A DNA stretch of 64,000 bases from Actinomycetota bacterium (lineage in GTDB: Bacteria; Actinomycetota; UBA4738; CALAEC01), in the NCBI GenBank assembly GCA_050693155.1, contig JBOGWA010000128.1, positions 10,668-74,667 of the forward strand. Direction: 5' to 3'. Of the stretch, positions 1 through 9,047 are shown piece by piece. Numbering within the stretch: the stretch's first letter is position 1; every line of letters begins with the position of its first letter. Below the pieces are notes generated by a model. That model ran no database searches. It was not told the DNA's origin and worked only from the letters and a program-made list of their open reading frames with translations. The translations under genes and the position numbers were made by a program.

Positions 1-599
1 AGCCAACTCTCATATCCGGGGATGGGTCGGTTGCTCGGAGCGTCGAGGTTGCCGGCGATGATCTGTGCGGTCCCCTCGTCGTCGGGGTAGAGGCCCCTCA
101 TCGACGGCCCGATGTAGAGCACGTCCGCCCGCTGGGCCAGGCTCGAGAGATCTCCCGCTCCGACCAACAGCGTCACTTCGTAGAGAGGCCCATCGTCAGG
201 GAGGGCCGTCACCGTCCCGATTTCCCCGATCTCGGTCAGAGCCTGCTCGACCTCGGCGATCTGCTCGCCATGGACGAGTACCGCGACGGGGAGGCTGCCA
301 TCGATCGCCGGCGAGAGGGCGAGCTTCTCGACCGGCAGGACGGCGCGAACCGACCGAACGTGTTGAAGCGCCCGACTCCGCGCCAGGGCGTCCTCGCCCA
401 GCCACGAGAGGTACGAATCGTGCGGCACGTACAAGAGTGACCGGGCGCCGAGCGCTTCCAGGGATGCCCGATCGGCGCTCGTGATCCGTTCCGCGAACGT
501 CACCCGGTACCAACCTCCCTCGTCGTTTCCGGAAGCGGCGCCGACCGGCGCCAAGGAGATGGCGACGGTTGCGATGACGGCCGCGAGGAGACGTTTCAA
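1..599 (-). CDS. Secreted hypothetical protein, N-terminal ~199 aa only (gene continues past the window start). Starts with TTG at complement 597..599, which overlaps the P450 stop (TTGA).
   Basis: Open reading frame on the minus strand with no stop back to position 1. N-terminus LKRLLAAVIATVAISLAPVGAAS is a typical signal peptide. An in-frame stop lies 78 nt upstream of the TTG, with no ATG or GTG between them. Absent from the ORF track because it is truncated. Confidence 0.4.
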   Translation of the reverse strand, partial: MKRLLAAVIATVAISLAPVGAASGNDEGGWYRVTFAERITSADRASLEALGARSLLYVPHDSYLSWLGEDALARSRALQHVRSVRAVLPVEKLALSPAIDGSLPVAVLVHGEQIAEVEQALTEIGEIGTVTALPDDGPLYEVTLLVGAGDLSSLAQRADVLYIGPSMRGLYPDDEGTAQIIAGNLDAPSNRPIPGYESW

Positions 600-1951
600 G
601 CGCTGCGTCTCGAGTGGAGCGTCATCCGCATCCCGCCCTCGGGGCGAAGGACGATGCTCGGCAGAAGCTCGGGGACCTCATCGCTCACCGAGCGGATCCT
701 CCAGTTCTGCGCGATGCTCGCGAGAACGAGTACGCCTTCCGCCATTGCGAACGGTTCGCCGAGGCAGACGCGCGGCCCCCCACCAAATGGGTAGTAGGAG
801 TACTTCGGCCGCTTGTCGGTCGGTTCCCGAATCCAGCGTTCGGGCCTGAAGGCGTCCGGGTCCTCGAAGAAGCGGGGGTCCCGGTGAAGGACCCATTGCG
901 GCATGAGCACGATCGAATCCTTGGGAATGCGAACCCCTCCTACCTCGGTGTCCTTGTTCGCTCTCCGATCGATCAGCCAGACCGGCGGGTAGAGGCGCAT
1001 CGCCTCCAAGAAGATCGCCTTCGCGTACGGCAGCGCCTCCGTATCGTCGACCGATGCCGGTCGTGACCCAAGAACTGCATCGAGCTCCTCGTGCAGCTTC
1101 GACTCTTCATCCGGGTGCAGGGCAAGGAGATGCCACGCAAACGTCAGGCCGTTCGACGTCGTTTCGTGCCCCGCAAGGACGAGCGTCATCAGCTCGTCCC
1201 TCAGTTGCTCGTCGGACATTGACGTCTCGGGATGCTCCAGCCCCCGGATGAGGGTGGAGAGCAGATCAGAGCCGCGAGCCCCTTCATTTCGACGTTGATC
1301 GATCAACTCGTAGATTGCCTCGTCCATGGTCTTCCGAGCCGGTTCGAGCCGTTGGGAGATCTCTGGAGGCAGCAGGTCAGCCGAGAGGCTCGAGGGGTGG
1401 AACGACTTCCGGAAGGCTTCGAGCCACAGCGTGAGACCGTCTCCGATCCCTCGTGCGAATGCGTCATCGACTTCCAGGTCGAAGATGGCCCTACAGATGA
1501 TCCAGAGCGCAAGCAGCCGCATCTCCTCGTTGATGTTGACCTCCTGCTCGGACGCCCAGCGGTCTTGAAACCGCGTGCTCTCCTCGAGCATCACCTGGGC
1601 GTACGCGCTGATCTGACGAGGGCCGAAACCGGGTTGGAGGATCGGGCGCTGCCGGTCGTGGAGCTCGCCGTCCGATGTGATGAGACCCTGACCCAGGATC
1701 ATCGCGAGCTTCGCGTTGCTCACTCCCTTGTTGAAGTCTCGATGTCGAACGGTGAGGACCTCGCGGACGAGATCCGGATGATTGAGCGCGAAGCAGCGTT
1801 GGAGGCCCAGTCTCCATTGGGCCATGTACGGGTGGGTGCGTCCGACCTTCTCCATGAAGTCGATTGGGTGGCGGAGCCACTCCTCGACCGAGGCCAGGCC
1901 ACCTCCCAGCATGACCGGCTCGAGCCGTTCCGGATCGCTCTCTGTCTTCAT
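596..1951 (-). CDS. Cytochrome P450 monooxygenase
   Basis: 451 aa. Heme-binding signature FGGGPRVCLGEPFA (FxxGxRxCxG) and an EMRLYPP (ExxR-type) region. The ATG overlaps the upstream FAAL stop (ATGA). Confidence 0.9.
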   Translation of the reverse strand: MKTESDPERLEPVMLGGGLASVEEWLRHPIDFMEKVGRTHPYMAQWRLGLQRCFALNHPDLVREVLTVRHRDFNKGVSNAKLAMILGQGLITSDGELHDRQRPILQPGFGPRQISAYAQVMLEESTRFQDRWASEQEVNINEEMRLLALWIICRAIFDLEVDDAFARGIGDGLTLWLEAFRKSFHPSSLSADLLPPEISQRLEPARKTMDEAIYELIDQRRNEGARGSDLLSTLIRGLEHPETSMSDEQLRDELMTLVLAGHETTSNGLTFAWHLLALHPDEESKLHEELDAVLGSRPASVDDTEALPYAKAIFLEAMRLYPPVWLIDRRANKDTEVGGVRIPKDSIVLMPQWVLHRDPRFFEDPDAFRPERWIREPTDKRPKYSYYPFGGGPRVCLGEPFAMAEGVLVLASIAQNWRIRSVSDEVPELLPSIVLRPEGGMRMTLHSRRSA

Positions 1952-3588
1952 GGCACGGTCTCGGGTGTCAGCTCTCCGCGCGCGTGGGCGTCACGAAGAG
2001 CGCTTCGCCGAAGCTTCCCGCTCGTCGTCTTCGGCGCGGATCCTCGCGGCAGGACCACAACCTCGCCGACGGTGATGCCCACCGACTCGTTGACGGCCTT
2101 GCGGACGAGCTTCGGCAGGGCATCCGGATCGGCATCCCGGGCGGGTTCCACGGCCACGACCACGTGCCCCTCGCCATCGCCGGGGGCCGCGAAGGCGATG
2201 CAGGATCCAGGGCGCACCCCGTAGACACGGCTCGCCGCCCACTCGATGTCCTCGGGGGCGTAGTTATTGCCCATGACGATGATGAGGTCCTTGATCCGGC
2301 CGGTCACGAACAGCTCGCCATCCGACAGGTAGCCGAGGTCGCCGGTGCGAAGCCAGCCATCCACAAAGGGATCTGGGGCATCACCGAGATATCCGGACAT
2401 GAGCGACGGGCTTCGGAGGAGGATCTCGGCGACGTGGCGGTCGGGCACGTCGCCGGCATCATTCGCGATACGAACCTCGACGCCGGGCATCGGCGGTCCG
2501 CTCGACACGATGCGTTTGGACGCGCCACTCCCGCCCGAGATTGCTCTCCCGGACGTCGCAAGCTCTTCGATGTCGACCTCGTCGATCCGGATCTCGGTCC
2601 CCCGCGTCGTGAGCGTGGCTCCCAGCACGTTCTCCGCCAGCCCGTAGGCGATGAGCAGGGTTCCTGGACGAAGGCCCAGTTGCCCGCCGACTTGAAGGAT
2701 GAGGTCGACCATAAAGGGGTCAATCGACTCCGCGCTCAGAACCGCAAGGACGATTGGAGAGAGATCGATCCCGGTCGGGTCCCGAAGCGCGGCCTTGAGC
2801 GCGGCCCCCCACGCGGACGCCGGTCCGCCAGTGAAGCCGGCTCCTACCTCCGCGATCAGCCGAAACCACAGCGCCGGATCCTTCGCCATCAGCTCGGTCG
2901 GCATGAGATGCGCGTCCACGCCGTACACGAGGGGGCACGTGACGAAGCCGAAAAGCCCGTAGTCGTGAAACAGGGGAAGCCAGGCCAGCGTGGGGTTGTC
3001 CTTTCCGAGTCCACTGTTGACGGAGTTCGACCGAGACGCGGCAAGGATGGCTTGATGGGAGAGCGTCGCGCCTTTTGGTGATGCGGTGCTGCCGGAGGTG
3101 AATTGGATGGCCGCGATGCCCTCGGGATCGAGATCGGGAAGCGCTCGAGCCTGGGGACTCGGGACCGAGGCGTCCCAAGAGAACGCGACTTCCGGGGGAA
3201 TCTCATCGAAGAAGCGGGGATGCACCAAGACCGTTTGGCACTCCGCCGCTTGGATCAACGGCTGAAGTCGTTCCGACGACGGGACCCGCCCGCGGAGTCC
3301 CGGCGAGTAGGGGAGGGACACGACCGTGCCTCCGAGGCACCACGTCGAGAATGCCCACTTCACCCATTCAGGGTGGTTCGGCCCCAGGATCCCAACCGTG
3401 CCCCCGGGTCCCACGCCTCGGTCGGCCAGCACCTGTGCTCCCCCGAACATCGCATCCACGAGCTCGTCTCCAGGCAGGGTGCGCATGACGTCGTCGAGGT
3501 GAAAGTGCATGGCCCAGCCCGCTTCCGCGCCCTGAACGAGGGCTTCGGGGATCGTCGTCGCCTCGTTATTCATGTGTTTGAACCGCAA
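1948..3588 (-). CDS. Fatty acyl-AMP ligase / acyl-CoA synthetase family adenylating enzyme (FadD/FAAL-like)
   Basis: 546 aa. AMP-binding motifs FTSGSTASPKG, a YGLAE region and C-terminal TSGKLRR. The track start is TTG at 3588; an in-frame ATG (MNNEATT...) at 3573 is an alternative start. Confidence 0.8.
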   Translation of the reverse strand: MRFKHMNNEATTIPEALVQGAEAGWAMHFHLDDVMRTLPGDELVDAMFGGAQVLADRGVGPGGTVGILGPNHPEWVKWAFSTWCLGGTVVSLPYSPGLRGRVPSSERLQPLIQAAECQTVLVHPRFFDEIPPEVAFSWDASVPSPQARALPDLDPEGIAAIQFTSGSTASPKGATLSHQAILAASRSNSVNSGLGKDNPTLAWLPLFHDYGLFGFVTCPLVYGVDAHLMPTELMAKDPALWFRLIAEVGAGFTGGPASAWGAALKAALRDPTGIDLSPIVLAVLSAESIDPFMVDLILQVGGQLGLRPGTLLIAYGLAENVLGATLTTRGTEIRIDEVDIEELATSGRAISGGSGASKRIVSSGPPMPGVEVRIANDAGDVPDRHVAEILLRSPSLMSGYLGDAPDPFVDGWLRTGDLGYLSDGELFVTGRIKDLIIVMGNNYAPEDIEWAASRVYGVRPGSCIAFAAPGDGEGHVVVAVEPARDADPDALPKLVRKAVNESVGITVGEVVVLPRGSAPKTTSGKLRRSALRDAHARGELTPETVP

Positions 3589-3711
3589 CCGGTCGACTCA
3601 TTCGGTGGAGTCGGGTCCGGGAATTATCTCTGAATCTGCGCCTCACGGGGGCGGAGGGTGGCGTCGGGCGCTCGATGAGGCTCGACTAGACTCCGGGACC
3701 GAGAAGTAGAG

Positions 3712-4875
3712 ATGGACTTCGACCTCACGCCCGAGCAGGAGGAGTTTCGAAAGACCGTCCGTTCGTTCGCTGAGGAGATCATCGCGCCTCGGGCCGAAGA
3801 GATGGACCGGTCCGAGGAGCTCCCCATGGACATCGTGAAGCAGATGGGCGAGCTCGGGCTCTTCGGCCTTCCGTTCCCCGAGGCGTACGGCGGCCAGGGG
3901 GCGGACTTCCTCACGTTCTGTCTCGCGATCGAAGAGCTCGCTCGCGTCGATTCCTCCATGGCCATCACCCTCGAGGCGGCCGTGGGTCTCGGAGCGAACC
4001 CGATCTATCGACACGGGACCGAGGACCAGAAGCAGCGCTGGCTGGTTCCCATGTGCCACGGAGAGATTCTGGGAGCCTTCGGCCTCACGGAACCGGGCGG
4101 TGGCTCCGATGCCGGGGCGACCAAGACGAAGGCGACGCTCGAAGGTGGGGAGTGGGTCATCAACGGCTCCAAGGCGTTCATCACGAATGCCGGCACGCCG
4201 ATCTCGAAAGTCGTGACGGTCACCGCCGTGACGGGTGATCGAGACGACGGCAGCCCGGAGATCTCGACGATCATCATCCCGACCGATACCCCCGGATTCG
4301 GGGTCGGAAGGGCGTACCGGAAGATCGGCTGGCACGCGAGCGACACTCGAGAGCTCTCGCTCAGCGACTGCCGCGTGCCCGAGAGGAACCTTCTCGGCGA
4401 GCGCGGGAAGGGCTTTGCGCAGTTCCTCGAGACGCTCGACGACGGGCGAATCGCGATCGCCGCCCTCGCGGTCGGGCTCGCGCAGGGATGCCTCGACGAA
4501 TCGGTGAAGTACGCGATCGAGCGCCACGCGTTCGGACGCCCGATCGGAGAGTTCCAGGGCGTCCAGTTCAAGGTCTCCGATATGAAGGTTGCCGTTGAGA
4601 CGGCGCGCTTGGCGACGTACAAGGCCGCCTGGTTGCGGGACGGCGGGCGGCCGTACAAGGGTGCGGCGGCTCTCGCGAAGCTGTACGCGAGCGAGATCGC
4701 CGTCACCTGCGCCCGGGAGGCGGTTCAGGTCCACGGGGGATATGGCTACATGGAGGAGGTCCCCGTCGCTCGCTACTACCGGGACTCGAAGGTCCTCGAA
4801 ATCGGGGAGGGGACGAGCGAGATCCAGAGGATCCTGATTGCCCGGGATCTCGGCCTTCCCGGAACTCAGTTCTAG
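3712..4875 (+). CDS. Acyl-CoA dehydrogenase (short/branched-chain type)
   Basis: 387 aa. N-terminus MDFDLTPEQEEFR and a C-terminal YEGTSEIQR catalytic-Glu region typical of ACADs. Divergent from the FAAL-P450 operon. Confidence 0.9.
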   Translation: MDFDLTPEQEEFRKTVRSFAEEIIAPRAEEMDRSEELPMDIVKQMGELGLFGLPFPEAYGGQGADFLTFCLAIEELARVDSSMAITLEAAVGLGANPIYRHGTEDQKQRWLVPMCHGEILGAFGLTEPGGGSDAGATKTKATLEGGEWVINGSKAFITNAGTPISKVVTVTAVTGDRDDGSPEISTIIIPTDTPGFGVGRAYRKIGWHASDTRELSLSDCRVPERNLLGERGKGFAQFLETLDDGRIAIAALAVGLAQGCLDESVKYAIERHAFGRPIGEFQGVQFKVSDMKVAVETARLATYKAAWLRDGGRPYKGAAALAKLYASEIAVTCAREAVQVHGGYGYMEEVPVARYYRDSKVLEIGEGTSEIQRILIARDLGLPGTQF

Positions 4876-4925
4876 CCCCCAAACCTGCCGATAGACCCGA
4901 TACGGCGTCACGTGGGCAACACAAG

Positions 4926-4954
4926 TTGACTCCCGTGTCAGGCGCCGTTACTTT
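4926..4954 (+). promoter_or_regulatory. Candidate sigma70-like promoter for the M23 peptidase gene: -35 TTGACT (4926-4931), 17-nt spacer, -10 TACTTT (4949-4954)
   Basis: Hexamers read directly from the sequence. The ATG at 4964 is only ~3 nt from the predicted transcription start, so the transcript would be leaderless, as is common in high-GC Gram-positives. Confidence 0.35.
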
Positions 4955-4963
4955 TTAAGGTCC

Positions 4964-6112
4964 ATGAGCCTTCCGCAGGGGTCGCCTCGGCCTCGGCTGC
5001 TGCGTGCCGCAGCGGCCGTCTTGTTGGTCCTGTCCGTGACCTCCGCCGCGGCCGCGGGGACCGATGATGAGCTCCAGTCGGCTCGGGAGCGTCTTCACGA
5101 GCTGAAGCGCGAGCTCCGGGCCGAGCAGGCGAGCCTCGTCGTCCTCGACGCCGAGATCGAGTCGCTCACTCGCATGATCACGCAGGCGTACGCCCAGAAG
5201 ATCGCGATCGATGACCGGATCGAGTTCATCCGCAAGGAGATCGAGAAGAAGGACCGTCAAGGCGACCGGCTCCAGGAGCGGCTCAACGAACGGGCGCGTG
5301 AGGCCTACATCGCGGGCCCCGGCGGCGTCTTCGAGGTGATCCTCGAGTCGGATTCGCTCGCGGAGCTCTCCGACCGGGCCCTGTTCCTCGACCTGCTTTC
5401 GGGCGCGGACGCGGATCTCGCAGCGGGCGTCGCCTACCAGCGAACCGAGCTGGACGAGTTCCGGCTCAGCCTGACGGATCTGCTCTCTCAGCAGGCGGAG
5501 CTGCTCGACGATCTTCGAGTCCGTGGGCGTGAGCTCGAGGCCAAGTTCGGCAAACAGGCGGCCATCACGAACCGGATCGAGGAGCGCTTTCAGGAGCTCG
5601 AGGGGCTGATCGAAGACCTCAAGACACAGCGTCAGCAGGAAGCGATCCTCGCGGCCGTGACGACCCCGCCGCCGGCGCCTCCCGCTCCACCTCCCATCGT
5701 GAGCGGGAAAGCCCCCGTGCTCCAGGTCTGCCCCGTCGCCGAGCCGCGGTCCTACATCGACGACTGGCACTTTCCTCGGCCCGGGGGCCGCGTCCACGAG
5801 GGCAACGACATCTTCTCGGAAGACGGGGCTCGAATCTTCGCGCCGTTTGACGGCCTTGCTCGGGAACATTGGGGCCGGCTCGGCGGACTTGCCGTCCTCG
5901 TCTACGCACCCGATGGCACCTTTGTCTACAACGCTCACATGTCGAGGTACGCGGGGGTCCACGGGAAGACCGTTCAGGCGGGAGACGTCATCGGGTTCGT
6001 GGGACACACGGGAAATGCGGTCGGAACGCCGTCGCACAATCATTTTCAGTACCACCCGGGCGGAGGGGAGCCCGTGAATCCCTTCCCGTTCCTGAACGCC
6101 GTCTGCCGCTAG
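4964..6112 (+). CDS. Secreted M23-family peptidoglycan metalloendopeptidase with an N-terminal coiled-coil region
   Basis: 382 aa. Signal peptide, a long heptad-like coiled coil, and C-terminal M23 motifs HEGNDIF and HTGNAVGTPSHNHFQYH. Confidence 0.85.
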   Translation: MSLPQGSPRPRLLRAAAAVLLVLSVTSAAAAGTDDELQSARERLHELKRELRAEQASLVVLDAEIESLTRMITQAYAQKIAIDDRIEFIRKEIEKKDRQGDRLQERLNERAREAYIAGPGGVFEVILESDSLAELSDRALFLDLLSGADADLAAGVAYQRTELDEFRLSLTDLLSQQAELLDDLRVRGRELEAKFGKQAAITNRIEERFQELEGLIEDLKTQRQQEAILAAVTTPPPAPPAPPPIVSGKAPVLQVCPVAEPRSYIDDWHFPRPGGRVHEGNDIFSEDGARIFAPFDGLAREHWGRLGGLAVLVYAPDGTFVYNAHMSRYAGVHGKTVQAGDVIGFVGHTGNAVGTPSHNHFQYHPGGGEPVNPFPFLNAVCR

Positions 6113-6137
6113 CCGCCGGGACCGGCCGGTATGCTTC

Positions 6138-8135
6138 GTGACCGGAGGGCTCGACGTGGCTCTTGACCACCCCTGGATCTTTCGCACCTACGCGGGGTTC
6201 GGCACCGCGCGACAGTCGAACGAGCGTTTCAAGGCGAACCTCGACAAGGGGCAGACCGGACTTTCAGTCGCTTTCGACCTGCCGACCCAGTGCGGATACG
6301 ACTGCGACCACCCGATGGCGACGGGAGAGGTCGGTAGGGTCGGCGTCCCCATTGCGCATCTCGGGGACATGCGCACGCTCTTCGATGGGATCCCCCTCTC
6401 CGAGATGAACACGTCGATGACGATCAACGCGACGGCGGTGTGGCTCCTCGCGAACTACGTCGCTGTGGCCGACGAACAGGGGGCGACTCGCGGGGACCTC
6501 CAAGGAACGACACAGAACGACATCCTCAAGGAGTACCTATCCCGGGGAACCTACGTCTTTCCGCCCGAGCCTTCAATGCGCCTCACGACCGACCTGATCA
6601 CGTGGACGTTCCACGAGGTCCCGAAGTGGAACCCGATCAACGTCTGCTCGTACCACCTGCAAGAAGCGGGGGCGGATCCCGTGCTCGAGGTGGCCTTCAC
6701 TCTGGCGAATGCCGTCGCGGTGCTCGATGGCGTGCGCGCGTCGGGGAAAGTCTCGGAAAGCGAGTTCCCTCGGTTGGTCGGTCGGATCTCGTTCTTCTGC
6801 AACGCGGGAATCCGGTTCCTCGAGGAGATGTGCAAGATGCGAGCCTTCGTCCGCCTGTGGGAGCGGATCACGTCGGAACGCTACGGCGTGGGGGACCCGA
6901 AGTATCGGCGCTTCCGCTACGGGGTCCAGGTCAACTCCCTCGGGCTGAGCGCGGTCCAGCCTGAGAACAACGTTTACCGAATCCTCCTGGAGATGCTCGC
7001 GGTCACGCTCTCGAAGGACGCTCGAGCCAGAGCCGTGCAGCTGCCGGCATGGAACGAAGCGCTCGGGCTGCCCCGCGCCTGGGATCAGCAATGGTCGTTG
7101 CGGGCGCAGCAGATCCTGGCCTACGAGACGGATCTCCTCGATCACGATGACGTCTTCGAGGGCTCCACCGTGGTTCAGACGAGAACGGCGGAAATCACCG
7201 ACGCGTCGTGGGAGGAGCTGGGGCGCGTGCTCGATGCCGGTGGTTCCGTCGAGGCCTTGGAATACATGAAAGAACGCCTCGTGGCCACGCACGCCGAGCG
7301 GATCCGGGAGATCGAATCGGGAGCGCGGACCGTCGTCGGCGTGAATCGATACAGGGAAACGGAACCGTCGCATCTCACCGAGGATCTCGGTGAGGGCTTC
7401 GCCTTCCACCAGGTCGATCCCGAGGCGGAGAAGGAGCAGCTGGAGCACCTGGAGCGGTGGCGGGCCGAGCGTAACGAACCCGCGACGAATGCAGCGCTGG
7501 ATGCTCTGCGTCGTGCCGCAGAGAGCGACGAGAATCTCGTTCCGGTTTCGATCGAGGCCGTCAAGGCAGGCGTGACTACCGGAGAGTGGGCGGACGCGCT
7601 TCGCGAGGCGTTCGGCGAGTACCGGGCGCCGACGGGTGTCTCGGCGCTCGCTTCCGCGCGTGCGAAGCCGGAAGCGCTCGTGGATGCGCGACGGCGCGTC
7701 GAGGAAGCGGCGGTTCGGGTCGGTGCGAAACGGCTGAGGATGCTCGTGGCGAAACCGGGCCTGGACGGACATTCGAACGCGGCCGAGCAGATCGCCGTGA
7801 GGGCCCGAGATGTCGGCTTCGAGGTCGTGTACCAGGGAATCCGGCTCACGCCCGAGCAGATCGCGCGTGCCGCCGCTGAGGAAGACGTGCACGTGATTGG
7901 CCTTTCGGTGCTCTCAGGAGCTCACAACTTGCTCGTTCCTGAAGTTCTCTCACGACTCCGGGACCACGGCGTGGACCCGGACCGCGTCCCGGTCGTCGTC
8001 GGCGGCGTGATCTCGGATGAGGACGCGGAGAAGCTGCTGGAGCTCGGCGCCGCCCGCGTCTACACGCCCCGGGACTACGACCTCACCGCGATGATGGGCG
8101 AGATCGCCGACCTGATCGGATCCGGGAAAGGCTGA
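6138..8135 (+). CDS. B12-dependent acyl-CoA mutase with fused B12-binding domain, ethylmalonyl-CoA mutase (Ecm/MeaA)-like
   Basis: 665 aa, GTG start. The N-terminus (DHPWIFRTYAGFGTA...GQTGLSVAFDLPTQCGYDCDHPMATGEVGRVGV) matches the MeaA/Ecm pattern rather than MutB. The C-terminus has a B12-binding domain (LDGHSNAAEQIA...GLSVLSGAH). Confidence 0.8.
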   Translation: MTGGLDVALDHPWIFRTYAGFGTARQSNERFKANLDKGQTGLSVAFDLPTQCGYDCDHPMATGEVGRVGVPIAHLGDMRTLFDGIPLSEMNTSMTINATAVWLLANYVAVADEQGATRGDLQGTTQNDILKEYLSRGTYVFPPEPSMRLTTDLITWTFHEVPKWNPINVCSYHLQEAGADPVLEVAFTLANAVAVLDGVRASGKVSESEFPRLVGRISFFCNAGIRFLEEMCKMRAFVRLWERITSERYGVGDPKYRRFRYGVQVNSLGLSAVQPENNVYRILLEMLAVTLSKDARARAVQLPAWNEALGLPRAWDQQWSLRAQQILAYETDLLDHDDVFEGSTVVQTRTAEITDASWEELGRVLDAGGSVEALEYMKERLVATHAERIREIESGARTVVGVNRYRETEPSHLTEDLGEGFAFHQVDPEAEKEQLEHLERWRAERNEPATNAALDALRRAAESDENLVPVSIEAVKAGVTTGEWADALREAFGEYRAPTGVSALASARAKPEALVDARRRVEEAAVRVGAKRLRMLVAKPGLDGHSNAAEQIAVRARDVGFEVVYQGIRLTPEQIARAAAEEDVHVIGLSVLSGAHNLLVPEVLSRLRDHGVDPDRVPVVVGGVISDEDAEKLLELGAARVYTPRDYDLTAMMGEIADLIGSGKG

Positions 8136-8203
8136 ACGAATACGACGCGTTTTCGATCGCCGGCAGGAATAGCCTGAGAAACAACGAAGTTACCCGCAGC
8201 CTC

Positions 8204-8914
8204 ATGAGAAAGCTCGCGCCCGCGCTCCTCGTGGCAGTTACCCTCATACCTGCTCTCCCAGCCAACGCCGCGAAGCCGCTCGAGGTCATGACGGACGCGG
8301 CCGGTGACTCCGGAACCGCCGGAACCCCTGCGGGCGAGGTCGGCATCCCGGGAGTCGACGAGGGGGGCTTCGACCTGGTAAGCGCGACGATCACGAAAGC
8401 GGGCAAGAACCTCGAGTTCACCGTGGTTCATTCCGTCATGCCACCGTTCGGATCGATGCCCGAGGCGTTTCGGTTCATCTGGGCCTTCATGGTCGACGGC
8501 AACGAGTATCGGATCATCGCGAAGAACGTCGACGTCGGGAAGCCGGATCTAGCCGCGATGACCGGGAACGAGCGCATCGGCCAGATCGACACCGACGGGC
8601 ACTTCCGGCTCGAGGGAGCGTGCGTCGCCGAGGATGCGGTCGTGACTCAGTTCGTCAACTGCCCGCCGCTCGCGTACCCGGAAGGGACGTTCGATCCCGC
8701 GGGCGCCTCGTTCACGGTAACGATTCCGCTGAGCGCCGTGAAGGCGAAGACCGGCTCCGTGATCGAGGGGAGCACCGGGGAGGGAGCGGGGATCTGCGGT
8801 ACGGCGGGCGGTTTCCACCTCTGCTGGAGTACCCACATCGCGGAACGCTCGAGCACCGCGACCCTCATCGACATCGCTACACAAACGAAGGCCTACAAGG
8901 TCCCGAAGAAGTAG
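8204..8914 (+). CDS. Secreted hypothetical protein (Cys-containing, no recognisable domain)
   Basis: 236 aa. Signal peptide MRKLAPALLVAVTLIPALPANAA, four Cys residues, no motif I recognise. Confidence 0.5.
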   Translation: MRKLAPALLVAVTLIPALPANAAKPLEVMTDAAGDSGTAGTPAGEVGIPGVDEGGFDLVSATITKAGKNLEFTVVHSVMPPFGSMPEAFRFIWAFMVDGNEYRIIAKNVDVGKPDLAAMTGNERIGQIDTDGHFRLEGACVAEDAVVTQFVNCPPLAYPEGTFDPAGASFTVTIPLSAVKAKTGSVIEGSTGEGAGICGTAGGFHLCWSTHIAERSSTATLIDIATQTKAYKVPKK

Positions 8915-9047
8915 CGGGCTTCCCGGTCGCAGGGGTCCGGGGGCTCAAGAAGCGGAGCCAGGCAGTAGCGGCTGGCGGTTCTCGGAGGAAAGCGGAGCGT
9001 TAGCCCCCGGTCGGATAGGCTGAGCCTCCCACGCACAGGAGGACGCA

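Noticed and set aside
1984-3081. 365-aa plus-strand ORF
   Set aside because: Antisense to the FAAL gene. The composition is Arg/Gly-rich and no motifs are present.
3643-4911. 422-aa minus-strand ORF
   Set aside because: Antisense to the well-supported ACAD at 3712-4875.
6573-7892. 439-aa minus-strand ORF
   Set aside because: Antisense to the B12 mutase gene, with no motifs.
8915-9047. Possible tRNA or small RNA in the intergenic gaps (also 4876-4963, 8136-8203, 46674-46759)
   Set aside because: No cloverleaf-compatible stems or GTTCGAATC-like T-loop were visible. The gaps are too short or lack the required structure.
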